In this document: piece after piece, positions 12,291 through 25,420 of the stretch | How positions within the stretch are numbered: the first letter of the stretch is position 1 | Layout: each line of letters begins with the position of its first letter | Origin: Carcharhinus longimanus | Taxonomy: Eukaryota | Direction: 5' to 3' | Length of the DNA: 64,000 nt | NCBI GenBank assembly: GCA_030264375.1 | Contig: JASCQW010000122.1 | Coordinates: forward strand, 33,480,933 to 33,544,932 | Translations under genes and position numbers: made by a program | The notes under the pieces: generated by a model | The model's database searches: none | The model's input: only the letters and a program-made list of their open reading frames with translations | What the model was told of the DNA's origin: nothing

Positions 12291-12689
12291 TTATCGTGAT
12301 ACTACTGCTACTGTCTTGGTACATTGGAAATAATTCCCTTCAAAATCCAGAACAGACAAATAAGGCTGTGCACTACACTTCCTGGCTATTTATAATCTAC
12401 CTGACCATGACTGCCTCATCAAAGATCAACTTTGGTGTTAGTGTTAAATTCTACCAAGACGGAAAATTCTTTAATCTTAGTTGTCTCTGTGCCAAAACTA
12501 AACTGATGAACGTGAAAGTACATCATCTACTGTTTTGAGGTAACTGCTGTGTCACTGCCTACTCTGCACTATTTTTTGCAAACCATTTTTGATCTCTTTT
12601 GCATGTGAGACTCAGCCTGTCCTTGAATTTTGCCAAAACAAAACTAGTATCGACCCAAATCTAGTCGGTCAAATATCTCACCTCCTGTA

Positions 12690-13250
12690 TATATTGTATG
12701 GGAAATCCTGGAATTGGTTGAGCAGCCACTTCTCTCAAAAGGCCACCATTGACCAGGAGATTCAACAGCAGATCAGCTTTGGCAGTTCAGCCTTTTACAA
12801 ACTGCGAGTATTTGACAACAAAGGCCTCTGTAAGTCAACAGAAGTACAAGTGTACAGCAGTTGTCACCACCCTCTTGTACTGCAGTGAAACCTGTATTGT
12901 GTACCAGTGACACAAGAACGCCAGAGAAATTTCACTGCCAAATGCCTTTGCCGTATCCTGTTTGATAAACACTAGTGTCTTTCTTGAAGCCAGCACTCCA
13001 CGTTTTCAAACAAAACTTCTGTAAAATTGACTTCAGTGGACTGGACACTTTGTCCGGGTGGCTGAAAAGCACCTCCTTCACTTTTCTCAGCACTCAAATG
13101 ACCAGTGTTCCAGGGGTTGAAATGTAATCACTACAACAGCACTGAAGTTCTCTTTGAAGCATGTCAGGATTGACTTTAATGACAGGGAGGAGCTTGCTAC
13201 CTATCATTTAAAATGGTGGCAATTTGTCCATCAAAGCCACATCATGCTCT
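12690..13250 (+). mobile_element. RTE-clade LINE fragment (post-RT region)
   Basis: SHFSQKATIDQEIQQQISFGSSAFYKLRVFDNKGLCKSTEVQVY..AVVTTLLYCSET matches the RTE EI..RI..AS.AF..L...TK..VY.A.V...LLY.SETW motif. Confidence 0.8.
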
Positions 13251-13272
13251 GGGGAAGACCAGAATCATTCTT

Positions 13273-13612
13273 TGGCCAGAACAGTGGTAATGTCGCTGGA
13301 TTAATAATCCAAAGACTCGGATTCGTCCCCTGAAGACACGTGTTCTAATCCCACCATGGCAATTGGTAGAATGCAAAGCTAGCTTCCGTAATATTGCCTT
13401 GAAATTGTCGCAGAAACATATCTGGTTCATGGATGTCCTTCAGAGAAGAGAATCTTGCCAGCCTTATCTGGCCTGGCCTAGATGTGACTCCAGACCCACA
13501 CCAATGTGGTTGACTCTTCACTACCCTCTAGAAAGCCACTCAATTCAAGGGCAATTAGGGCTGGATGACAAATGGCAATGACTTGCCAGTGACATCTCAT
13601 GAAAGAATAACG
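13273..13612 (+). mobile_element. tRNA-derived SINE whose tail matches the 3' end of the LINE at 26140
   Basis: Head cagtggtaatgtcgctggatt...gttctaatcccaccatggc; body gtgactccagacccaca; tail caagggcaattaggg...catgaaagaataa. Homologous to copies at 18770, 48341 and 55994. Confidence 0.8.
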
Positions 13613-15808
13613 GAAAGAAAAGCCTAAACACCTTAATGATGGGACAGAGCGGCAGCAGTGAAGGAAAGAAAATGAAGCAAATCTTGCATTCCGGATTTCA
13701 CTACCTCGTGGAATATCCTTTCACATTTGCCCAAAGATTTGCGAGTTGTGAATTGGCCCGTTGTGTGAGCCACGTTAAGATCTGTGGCAGAAGCTTGTGA
13801 TTTCGAGTGGACACCATACTCGAATTGAGGGACAGCTGATGATGAGCTTGGTTGAGAAATGTCTGCAACACTAACATGCCCAGAGAAACATTGCTGAGAT
13901 ATCTGCGAATGAGGTGAAAAATATACTGATGGAGTTTGCAATATGAGGGAGAAGTCATAGTCTTTTACAGCATAGAAAATGTCCATTCGGTGCATGTAAT
14001 GTATGCCAGTTCTCAGCAGAGCAATCAAGTCAGTCCTATTCCTCCCCCTATCACGTTAGCCCAGCAAATATGTTTCCTTCAAATACCAATCTAATGCTCT
14101 TAAAATCATTTTGCTCTTCAAAATAGACAAACAATCCAGTTCTTAAAGATCTGTAAACAAATACTGAGGAGAAAATTAACAGTCAGCTCTGCTCGTCTGT
14201 TTAGAGGGAAGGGTTGTGGTGGTTCTGACCCAAACCCTTTGTTGAGTTTCTGAAGTGTCAGGACTACCTTTTTTTCACTTCCTAATCATAACAACAAATG
14301 ATTTGAAACAAAAAAGCCATTATGCTCAACCAAACAAATTTGCTTTGGGGAATAGAAATAGACGTTTAAGAGGGATGGAATAAGAAGGAAGGATAAAAGA
14401 GGGAAAGCAAGGGGATGGTTGGAGGGTATTAGACCAAAACCATTTTCCTCTCGGTTATAGAGGAAATGGCACTCTAGTTAGGAATTAGTGCTTCTGGACA
14501 AGACGTGAGCTGTTGAATATTGTTAGCTTTCTGCCAAGTGAACTTCTTGACAGGGGACTGACATGAAGGGATGTGAAGTGATCTGAGAGAAACCACTTAT
14601 TTGGCCTGGGTTAAAAGAAGCATATACACCTTTATAATCCAAGCACACAAAATAAAATCTTCATTGAATTATCCACTTTTTAGAGAGAAAACGGCATCAT
14701 TTTTTGAAGTGAGCAGTTGCATCATTGGTTTCAATGAGGAATGCAAAGCAGATGGATTGTAACCCACCTGGGATTAACTTGATCCATAAGCAGACACATG
14801 GAGTCTAGTCCAACGGAGCAGGTTCACTATCTGGACAAATGTGGTGGTATAACTTTCTTTGACTGATGTACATCTGGAACATATTCCATCATCAGAGTGT
14901 TAAGCTATTGTCATTGTTGATTCAGTACCTCTTAGCACTGAAGTTGATAATGTTCAGATCCTGAGCACTTAGGATTCACCTTCTTTCAGCTATATTCCAA
15001 GCTAAATGAACCTGTCCACATCATAACCCCATGTTTTTCATTTATCCATTTAATTTTTTTCCAAATTACTTTCGTTTTGGTCTTCCATGTGGCAAAACTC
15101 CTAATAATTGCAATAATTCCATTCTGGACATGGTGAGGACATAGTGAATCATACTTGAGTCATCATTTCAACTGAAATCCTCCACCAGTCGTTGTATGTA
15201 TGATCTTATAGTCAATGCAATTATATTTTGATGGATTCACTTACTTAAAAGTTGTTTGAAGTCATAATGGCACATTGTCATATAACCATGATCTGCTCAT
15301 ATATTTTGACCTAAGAATTTTCACTGCCCAGAACATATTACATTTTCTTGCGAGTGGAGCTAAGTCATGGGTTGAATTCATTTGTTTTAGTGCTTTGTTA
15401 ATACAACATAGAAATTTCAATGAATGCAAAATTAATATCTTAACAGCATGATTTCAACTTGTTATTTCGGAGGGCAAATACAGATAAATCTGAATGAAAT
15501 TGCTTCTGTAACAAATGGCATAGGTAGATGTCATTAATTTCTCCAAGTTCACTTCATTTTTCTTCCTCCTGAAGGCATTTACTCCATGTTGGAGTAAGTA
15601 TTTCACAGTCATTGATTGACATTTAGTAATTATCCATGTGAATTTAGATTGCAATTATCAGTAAGCTACTGCACATAGAGGCAACGTAGTTGAACTGAAT
15701 TCTGTCATCATCTGATATCTACAGGTACTTTCAGCAGATATCATCAGATGGTGTTTGGAAGTTTAAAAGCTGGACACAGAAATCCTAAGTAGTTTCAGAA
15801 TTGCCACT

Positions 15809-16361
15809 GTTGTAAGACGCTCTGTGTAGTAGTTCTGTAGGTCTCGTGACGAGGTCTGTATCTTGTATAATTTAACAGCAGGTTTTTATTAACTATTTTT
15901 GCTATGTACATTTCTGCAGTATCAGGTCCGCCCTGGAGCTGTCTCCATGCTTGCCTCAACGTATGTCTCTGTCCAGTCGAAGATTGCTCTTTGGACTCGG
16001 GTCATGTATTCCTTTATGTCACTGTGCGGGTGGCACTGTACCTCGTCCCATACACCAGGAACCCAGTTTTGATTCCTGGCTTGGATCATTTGTCTGTGCG
16101 GAGTCTGCGTGTCTCCTTTGTCTGCATGGGTTTCCTGCAGGTGCTCAGGTTTACTCCTGCAGCCTGAAAGAAGTGCTAATTAAATTCTGCTTCAGTGTAC
16201 CCAAGCAGGCGCCAGTGTATGGCAACTAGGGGAATTTCACAGTAACTTCATTGAAGTGTGAACTTAAACCTACTTGTGACATGAATGAATAAACTTTAAA
16301 CTTCCTCACAAGTCTTTATTCAAAGTATTCAGTGCATCCTGATTATTCAACATGTTTACAT
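15809..16361 (-). mobile_element. Probable 3' LTR of the adjacent Gypsy element, interrupted by a SINE
   Basis: The minus strand starts TGTAAACATG after a purine-rich tract (gggagaaggagtaggacaagtga), contains AATAAA near 15885 and ends ...TTACAACA. Confidence 0.45.
16027..16303 (+). mobile_element. V-SINE (HE1-like head and V-domain) with a non-HE1 tail
   Basis: tRNA-like head, V-domain tgcatgggtttcctgcaggtgctcaggtttactcc, and tail ggcgccagtgtatggc...tacttgtgacatgaatgaataaactttaaactt. Confidence 0.75.
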
Positions 16362-18755
16362 CACTTGTCCTACTCCTTCTCCCTGTCTCAAGTCTCTGTT
16401 TACAGGTGTAGTCAGTCTCAAGGCTTTACAATTCTTCCCGATCTTGTCTGTAAAGCTGCTTGAGGAGTCGTAGGTTCTGCTGTACTGAGTAAACCTTTAT
16501 GAATAGGAATTTATTTTGGATGTGGTTGTTTAGGCATTTGGTCGTCTTCAATTTTTCTCCAATCTATAGTGGGAGGATCAGCTTGAGGGATGAGGAGGAG
16601 GCTTCTCCTGTTCATCCTAACTGCACCTTCTGGAGTATTGACAAGGTATGAATGTAGCTGGTCATCTCTCCAGACAATAATAGCTCCTCTATCCAGGCCC
16701 TTAATCCAGATCTTGTCATCCTTATACAAATATGGCCGGTGTCTGGTGTGTTTTTGTTATTGTAGACAGAAGCCTGCTTCTGCCTCTAGGAATGTTCTCT
16801 GTACTGGATGTTTTGATAATCTTTGGTGCCAATCCTTGTATTAGTTTTTTTTGATAGGATTGGGAGGTATCTGCAGAGTTTTCTGTCCATCATGAATACA
16901 GATGGGGCTCAGCTGCATTGTAGTGGGTGGTTTTGTTAGGTTAACAGTGCTGTTAGGAAGTTGTTATTCTTCCTCAGGACTTTAATGGTGTGCACCCTTC
17001 TTTTTGGCTCACTGTTTGATTGTGAGCATCTTGGGGAGCTGGTATGGTGCTGGAAGTCATAAGTGATGGCAAATTGGGTGACATATTCATTTGCGAATTG
17101 TGGACTGTTGCCTGACAGTATCTGGTCTGTGATGACATGGCTCACAAAAATCTGCTTCAGAGTGCTCACCACTGCCAGGTTGTTGTGTACAATTGTTTCA
17201 TCTTGATCCATCAGAAGTAGTTCACCACAATGAGGAACAACCTGCTATTGAAGATGAATAATTCATGCCCATCTACTCCCACAGCNNNNNNNNNNNNNNN
17301 NNNNNNNNNNNNNNNNNNNNNNNNNNNNNNNNNNNNNNNNNNNNNNNNNNNNNNNNNNNNNNNNNNNNNNNNNNNNNNNNNNNNNTGTCCAGCTTGTGTA
17401 GGACACATACCTGTGAGTTGTTCATAATAGCCTCAATTACCTTTGAAATGCCTATGGATTGGCCCACGCCCTGCATTCGGTAATGCCCCAGGTTTTTCTA
17501 GTGTAGTATTCGGAGGATCTCCGGCCAAAGTGAGGTTGGAATGACCAACTGCTTATTGTGCACCAGCAGATCTTTGATAACTGTAGAAGTGTTACTCCTG
17601 TTCAAACCAAGATACTATACCTGAGTCTGTGCCGTGGTCACACTTGTTGATAGCAACATGAATGCTGGCACACTCCTCATCTCGCATTTGGTTTTGGGGG
17701 ATTTGCTGGAGTTGTCTTGTGGTATCCAGGTGTCTCCTTAACAATTCAAGCACCTCTCTCAATCATGTTATAATTCAGGGCAGAAACTCCAAAGTGTTTT
17801 GTGAAGTCTGCCTGGATCATAAGTTATGCATTTTGAATTTGGCTATGGTGAGCATAAGACATTTCACTTCAGGTATGATTGAACTGACAACTAAGGATCT
17901 TCTTTCAAAGTTTATTTAAGTATACAGCTAACATGTATTGAAAGAAGATTAGCAATAACTTTTTCACCAATTACAAACAAGAAAGCAATCATATTGTAAA
18001 TGAATATAAGAAATGTCCCAATCAAACCAATCCCATAAACAAAACCCTTTTCTGCAGGTTTAACACAGTGAAGACTAATGCTCTTGTGATACTGAACTTG
18101 GTTCTTTGGTTCAATGCTGCAGTCTCTTGATGCACACACAGTCAAGTTTGGAGTCAGAGCAGCTTCCCAAAACACCAGGGAGAGACTCTAGTCAAGCCTC
18201 CAACAGCAGATTTTCTACTTCAAGAAGGCCAGGAACCTTGCATCCAGCTAACAGCAGAATTTCCAAAACCAGGAAGAAAATGAGAGAAAAGCTGCTTTCC
18301 GGCCTGATGGTACCTCCTTCGAAACTAAACAGCTCAAAACTGAAAACAAAAGAACTCCTGTCACCTGACCTGTCAATCATTCTTCCCCCAACATGCAAGG
18401 TCATAAAACAAATTCTAGAAAGTACCTGAGGCCCACAGTAAAAATAAACAAAACCTCAACTAAGCCATTGAAGCAACAAAGAAAGGACTCCTCCAGAGAG
18501 CGTGTCTGCAATGAAAAAACACTGAAGCTGTGATAGCTGCAGAGAACATGATTTAAAAAAAAAATCTTGTGCTAAATCACAATTATGTTGATGACATGTT
18601 TTGTTGGAAGATTCAGTGTGGCCCTGGAAACTTTATGCCTATTGTTCGGTTTCTTCCATGAAATATGGCATTTCATAAGACATAGACAGTATCTTTAGAT
18701 TCTGGGGGAGGTATCTTTTCCAGCTCCTTCTCATCTAGCAGTGAGACCTGTGGCA
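16362..18755 (-). mobile_element. Ty3/Gypsy LTR retrotransposon pol remnant (RNase H end and integrase), split by a solo LTR
   Basis: The minus strand gives ELFIFNSRLFLIVVNYF, LKQIFVSH...ILSGNSPQF...FQHHTSSPRCSQSNSEPKRRVHTIK (integrase core SDNGPQF/TSSPxYPQSNGxAER), SYLVNTPEGAVRMNRR, and SLLDEKELEKIPP at about 18700-18750. Confidence 0.85.
17766..18581 (-). mobile_element. Solo LTR (816 bp), same family as 49128-49944
   Basis: TGTTAT...TCACA termini; flanks ATCA/ATTA form a 4-bp TSD with one mismatch; colinear homology with 49128-49944. Confidence 0.8.
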
Positions 18756-18769
18756 TAAGATCTGTTTCA

Positions 18770-19000
18770 GTGGAATTAAAATGATAGTCTAATGACCATG
18801 AAACCATTGTCAATCATCATAAAAACCCACCTGGTTTACTGATGTCCTTTAGGGAAGTAAATCTAGTGTCTTTACCTGATCTGGCCTACATGTGACTCCA
18901 GATCCACAGCAATGTGGTTGGCTCTTAAACACTTTCAGGGATGGCAATAAATGCTGGCCCAGGCAGTGTTGCCCACATCCCATGAACAAATTTTAAAAAA
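18770..19000 (+). mobile_element. 5'-truncated copy of the SINE family at 13273
   Basis: gaccatgaaacc...aaaacccacctggtttactgatgtcctttagggaag...gtgactccagatccacagcaatgtggttg...cccacatcccatgaacaaattttaaaaaa. Confidence 0.8.
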
Positions 19001-22000
19001 GCCTTCAACATATTTTCTTTTAATTCTCAGTTTCTCACGATGCAGCACACTTACAATTGGGGGAGTTGATTCAAAATGTAAACTAAAATTGGAAAGAGGA
19101 TAGTGTTTTATGAATTTAGTTCTAACCATTCACTGTTCTTTTCATCAAATTATTTAATTTGGCATTTAACCTCATAAAGATTGGTGTAGCAAAACTTGAA
19201 TATGAGTAACATTTTTACTAACTTGGCAAAAGGAATAAATAATGATAGTTAGACCAGCCTGTGATATCTTTTTACTCATTCCTTCACTTCCGTTGTTAAC
19301 TGCTGGCATATGCCTCATCTCACAGCATATCACTTTAATTTCAAAGTTACTGACATAGATACTATACCTTGGGACCAGTGCTTGTTTGTGTTAGCAGTCG
19401 GCCACGGGATCCTACCTCAGTAAAATACTGGCTCCTCCATGTTGTAGTTTTTTCACTATTTCTCTTGATACTCCAGGCTATGCATTTATGTGTCTCAGCA
19501 TTTTTCATCCCTTCAGTGCCATGCACACACCCCCCCACAAAAGGCTACCTGGGCACATTGTGTACAAGGGAATACTTTTTGGGTCTATCTAAATGTTTTT
19601 GTTTTGTCCTTTTTGTGTACTAAACCCACTCCACTGACATAAATTCATGCATGCCGGAAGCACCTCTATATCAGAAATCTGCATCGGAGATGTTTGGAAG
19701 CATCTGATCCAGTAAAAGCTAATACTACTTTTATGTTGCTGTATGTTTTGCAGGCCTGAATTTTCTCATCTCAGATACCTCTGGGTTGTTGTTGATGCTG
19801 GTCTGACATACAGTTTACCAGGCTTTAAGGTTTACCTGTTTGTGAGATACCTTATGATCTATTTTAACTTAGTGCCATATGAATGGAGTTGTTGCTTTGC
19901 TATGGAGCTGATTCTTGACATTCTGTAACCTACATCAACAAAACTTCCTGATGTAAGGGTAAACCTGAAATGGTTTCCCCCTAAGGCACAAATGTATGAC
20001 ATGAGTGCATGTTAGATGGGGCATGTATTAATATTAAAAATGCGAATGTTTCTGATAAAGGGAGTGATCTCCATCCACTTTTGTTGACTTGTATAAGTGA
20101 AAGAAGTTTTCCCTTGCAGTACAATTCTGAGCATGCTTATTGCGACATGAGGAAAAGAAGGGATTTAATTTGTATTTGGAATTATACTTGGTAATGTCTA
20201 TAATATTTACTTGGTATAAATAAGATGTTTAGGTTTGTAAGAAAAGGAGCTTGGGTAACAACCCACTTCAATAGGACTTGTGTACCAGCGTCTCCAGCAA
20301 CTAAGGGAAAACATAAAGGGTAGCAACCTTACCATTGATATCTAAATGTCAAAAATCATCAGCTATTTCTTTGAAGTATCTAATTATTTTGACACATATA
20401 CACAAGGAATAGTGAACCTGCCTAATGTTTTTATCCATATTAATATTTTAGTACTAAATTGTCAGAAAATTTCAGTTCTTGTGACATGTTATCATCTATG
20501 GTACACAGTGACATGTATCCGAAGATGATGCGAGACCAGAAGTGGTCTTTCAATTTAACACATTTTTCTATTTTTATGTTGTAATAGTTACCTTTACAAA
20601 ACTGGAGAAAATATTTGATTAAGTGTAAGTGGTGTTTTTTTTTGTTTTGAAGCTAGAAACTTTATTTAATATCCAAATAATTATAATATTTTGATTAGAA
20701 CAGATTTAGCCAAAATTGCTTATTTTAAGTCAGCGAAATACTAATATGATTTGGTTGATATATTTTGTGCTTATGCACTTGTGTTTGCTAAACTGAACAA
20801 TGTAAAACAAGGAAAAGGTGGGTTTCTGTATTAAAATATTTTTCAGTACATTGTGAAAATGTTTCAATTAAAACTCAGTCAAAACTTCCCTCTTTTTTAA
20901 TTCCATTTCAACTGTATTAGCTGCTAATCTGAGTATTTCAGTATGCATTTACTGTTCTTATGTGAAATGTTAATTATTGATAAGCGACCTTGATATCTGC
21001 TATCACTGTAGACAAGTTATTGGTATGGAATAAGACATTGACAGTTACTTTATACAGGATTGTTGGACTTGATGTCTGTGGTTACTAGTGGTATATATGG
21101 CAATAGTGCCTCTTGGGATTAGTATAAGAGTTGTAAAAGCTTATTTATTCCTGGGGTGTTGTTAGTGTAATGGATCCAAATCATGAAACCTGAGTTTACG
21201 CTGAATTGCCTACCCCTATATTCATTTGATGAACTCTTTTTTAGTTGCGCTGTCTATTGTTTTGAAACAAACCCCTGAGCCAGTTGAAGACTTGTTCACA
21301 TTTTGAGATATATAGTCAACTTCTCCCCATTGTGGATTTTCTGTTCAAATTACCTGGTATTTTTTCAGTACTAAGCACCATTATTCATTGCGAAGCACCA
21401 CTTTTGCTTAATTTAAATTATTGGAAATTTCATTTTTTTGAAGGATTAAAATGATTTTGGATTACTGTAAATAATCAGTAGATTGTCATTTTCTTTTGTG
21501 AAGAGCTGCAAGATTACGAAAATTAATTTTGATGCCACAGGTGTCCATTTGGTACCAAAATGGTCTCTGTATCAATCGCACTTGTTTCCCACACTCCACA
21601 CAAACAGTCAGAGAAATTAGTGTTGATATTAGTCATCAAAAGTACATAGACTAGGTAGAAAGTAATGTCAGTTGGCATGTAATGTTGCTTGAAGGTCATA
21701 TTGCCATTTTGGCCATCACCAGTTTAGTTAATGCTCTCTTCTTGATGAATTCAGCTGAATGAAGAACCCTCCCCTATCCTTATTTAAAGGGATCAAGACC
21801 AAATTGATGATTCCATAACTTGATTCCATAACTTGATGATTCCTTTCTACTGGCTCTGGTTGAGTTTGTGGAAATGCTGAGTACTTTGAGGAGATGGTAA
21901 CTGTCGGTTGAGTTACATGGGGTGGTGCTGCATGCGTGGATGCCATTAGTTGTGATTGCAAGGGCTCAGGGCACACCACTTCCCCAAGTCATGGGTATTA

Positions 22001-22285
22001 CAGTTGCAATTACCCATGAGCTGGAGCATGAGAGAAAAATAGTGAAGAGGCAGCAAATACGTGGGTAAGCTGCTTGTAGAGAGAGGAGCAACGGGGAGAG
22101 TAGGGTACAAAACAGGAGGCCTTATCCAGCAAAAGTTGTCTTGGAATATTGCCTAAGCTAGGGACAGCCTGGTTTGTGATTTACAAAGGAGGTAATCACA
22201 AAATTCTGCAATTTCTTAGAACGAGATCTGCAACCTTAAAAGCAGGACAAGGAGGGTGCTGCCTATGAGTCTGAATATAACTCTA

Positions 22286-22473
22286 GCCCTGAATTTCTCC
22301 TGTCTTCATATAAAAACAGCCACATTACCATGAGAAACATCATCAAAGAAACAGATCCACTGTTTGAACTGTTCTGGCGGAGCCCTGATGATTACTGCAT
22401 CAGGGAGGTGACAGAGGTTTTTTATACCAGGAGAGGGGATTTCAGTGTTTCCTGTGACCAGAGGAAAATGGGC
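22286..22473. mobile_element. MITE-like element carrying an ~80-bp Harbinger transposase fragment
   Basis: Imperfect TIRs gccctgaatttctcctgtc / gaccagaggaaaatgggc; internal 22305-22387 is nearly identical to 23495-23574. Confidence 0.5.
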
Positions 22474-23419
22474 AAAGCACTTAGGGCTTTGCCAAAATAG
22501 CAGGCATCTCAATGGTGCAGAACGCCGTTCCACATGCAGTTTTGTGGGTGCTGTACCTAAATGATGAGATGTACAACTGCTGCAAAGATTAACTTTAATG
22601 TGTGACCACACTCAGCATCCTATGCTGGAGAATGCCTGCTATCCTAGCAAAAATCATTATGCTTTCATTCTGTTGTTGTTATAGTTCCCTGAGAAACTGA
22701 TAATTTTGAAAAAGAAGTTTAAACTTCTAGTTAATAGCTGAAAAGGATGACACAATAAGATTTCACATTTTTAAGATTTTTTACTGGCATTTTTTTTAAC
22801 TAAGCATTATTTCTGTCATAGGCAACTTTAAATTGCAGATAGGAATATTCCTCTGTTGTAACTTATTAAACATTGCACTCAGCACAGAATTATGGTCCAT
22901 AGAACAAGCAGTTGCAGTCGCTTCCAGTTTTTAGTGGGTTCATGTTTTTGCATTTCACTGAGTAGTAACTTCAAGGGCCATTTCCAGACACCTTCCTCAG
23001 TTTTCAGGGAGTTTCCCAAATCCAGTTCCAGGAGTAAAGCCCAATGCAATGATTCTTCTACACCGGACAAATCTTGTGGATTTCTTAAATGGCAGTAGAA
23101 TGTGCCTCATCAGCTAGACTCTAGCACTGTCCAGCTTGCAAAGAAACCAAGCATCTTCTTTCTGTTGACCACACCAAGTGATCTTCTCCTCTCTCGTTCT
23201 GCTGCCCCAAAACCTTGGAGTTGGCAAGTTTATTTACTGTTAGCACATATACCTTTTGTCTTTTGTTGCCAGATATGAGAATCTTGTACCTTACTCAGCT
23301 AGTCCCTTGACTAACTCAGGATACTTGCCAGGCTGAAGTTAATCTAGTTTTTGGTCCAACACATCATACTCGTGTAAACCTCATAATTGTAATGCAATCC
23401 ATCAATCTTTCAGACATTA

Positions 23420-25420
23420 CATCAAACTGGAGGGTGACCTGCTGAATATCTGGTTTGTGACTCCTCTCTACAAACCAACTGCATATTATCAGCATTCATA
23501 TAAAAACAGCCATGTTACCATGAGAAACGGCAAAGAAACAGATCCACTGTTTGAACTGTTCTGGCGGAGCCCTGCAGTAACTGACTGCTCAAGTAGATTG
23601 TTGAGTTTTTGGTAGTCTGAGCTGCTTTCTATAGCCTGGCAATCATGAGAGCACAGACCCTGTCACGAGGGACTTGGACAGCACCTCAGGATGAGGTAAA
23701 AAGGAAGAGATTGCCGGCACATTCATGTTTCAGATGGGTTATCCATTAGCATTTCATTCGACTTCAGCTCCCATGATTACAACCCTAGATTCCCATTGTA
23801 CACTAATCTCGCACTTTACTATCCCTCTGTCATGAGTCATTACAGTTTCATTTTGACCGTGATCCTGAAATAAAAACTATCACAGAATAATCATTTTACA
23901 TAGACTTATCCAACAAAACACCCAACATTTCATACAAACTTAATCACCCTTTTGCAAGTGCCTTTTCCCAGCTGGGTGTCCCTTTGCAGTGCTACCACAG
24001 TGGCTGCAGTGCGCCTTATGGAAGGTCAATGATTTTTATGCTCAACAGTGCAGATCATGCAAGCTGCCCTTGAGCAGCTCTGTATCCAGGAAGCCCAGCT
24101 TCAGACTGCACCACTTAGGCACGGGCAGCAGCTGGCTAAACTGGCTGACTGACAGACAGCTGGCGAAGGGCCGTTAGTGTGAATACACATACTGTCATTC
24201 TGAGAGGGAGCAGCAGGTTTGTGCTCCAGTGAGTGACTGTCATTGCTATGAGTACTGCGGTCCTCACACATGGGAACAGCAGTTTGCACTTGCATGCTGT
24301 GAAGCTGAGTTGGCATGGACTTTGTCTTGAGTTTCCACAAGCAGCGCTCCAGTATTGGGCTTTTGCTGCAATGGAAATTGAGACATTAGCCATTAGACAC
24401 AGGATCACTGTTCCTATGGAGTTAGCAACCACTGTCACAGTGGAAAGGATGAGTTCCATGCGATCTGTTAAGTCCTGTGCCAAGTTGGAACCAGGTTACA
24501 ACACGCTCCTTGACAGTGATGCTCAGTTCTGACAGACCTTCCAATGAATTTAACATTTCACTGTGCGTGCCAAATCAACGTTTTTCCATATTGTCACCCC
24601 ATTGAAGTCGTCTTCTGTTTCCTCTGCTGCAAAACATGTATGTGTGCTGGCACCTGTGCTATTCTTTCAACCAACTCACTTGTACCTGATGATTCATCAT
24701 GTTCTACCTTTGGGCTATCCTATTTTTCATTAGGCAAACCTCATTGATAGCACACACGCCTCAGGGACTTAAACACAAATATCAAGGCTGATGTTACAAT
24801 GCGGCGCTGAGGAAGTGCTATACTTCTGGAAGTTCCACCTCTGGAATTTGACTTTTGGCTAAAGACTCATCTGCCTGCTCAAGTGGATGAAAATGTCCAG
24901 TGGCATGATTTTGAAGAAGAGCAGGGGACATATTATTCCCAGGTCCGAGGCAATACTTGGCCATATCCTACAAGGGTCTGAAGGTATGTAGCCTGCCCTG
25001 CTAGTTAGATGCTGGTGCCTCCAACTTTGGAACACCTTGCATTCCAAGAGAGATGGAAGAGTGTGTGTAAGTGTGTCTACGTGGATGGTGCAATGTGTTT
25101 CAGTGATATGCTATAGTTGGAAAGCTGGCAGTGTGCACAAAGCTGTGAGATAAATGTGCAACTTGCAGCGGTGTAATGTGTTAAGTGTGAGGTAAAGCAA
25201 TGAAAGTGAGCTATAGCCATGGTTGATAGAGATTGTTGGCGCATCAGTAGATGTGGTGAAGGGACCAGGGTATGAGGTTAAAGGTCAGTTATAAGGAAAT
25301 GGCATGCAAATTGAATTGACTGACCTTGGTTGTTTGTGTAAGATCATGATTGTTTTTTTTTTGCAGCACTGTACCCAGTCCCTTGTAATTAGATTGCTGG
25401 CATCTATAGTGGTAACTATA
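23420..25420. mobile_element. Decayed PIF/Harbinger transposon: transposase C-terminus (+) and convergent Myb-like gene (-)
   Basis: The plus strand gives WFVTPLYKPT...YKNSHVTMRN...HCLNCSGGALQ...LAIMRAQ, matching HARBI1-type WLMTPL...RFRCLDRSGGALQY...LHNLA. The minus strand at 25320-25410 gives IDASNLITRDWVQCCKK..DLTQTTKV (Myb-like). Confidence 0.75.
24765..24965 (+). mobile_element. Deu-domain SINE fragment (SacSINE1/AmnSINE1-related), nested in the Harbinger fossil
   Basis: aggctgatgttacaatgcggcgctgaggaagtgc...ctgcctgctcaagtggatg...ttttgaagaagagcagggga matches the Deu core. Confidence 0.65.

Noticed and set aside
14470-15350. Possible decayed retroelement coding sequence on the minus strand
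   Set aside because: No diagnostic motif recovered in any frame; too degraded to call.
21730-22020. Possible additional Harbinger transposase remnant (minus strand) and a 9-bp stem hairpin at 21989-22019
   Set aside because: Similarity to the FPxVQGxID and NRKGFHS motifs is too weak to support as a feature.
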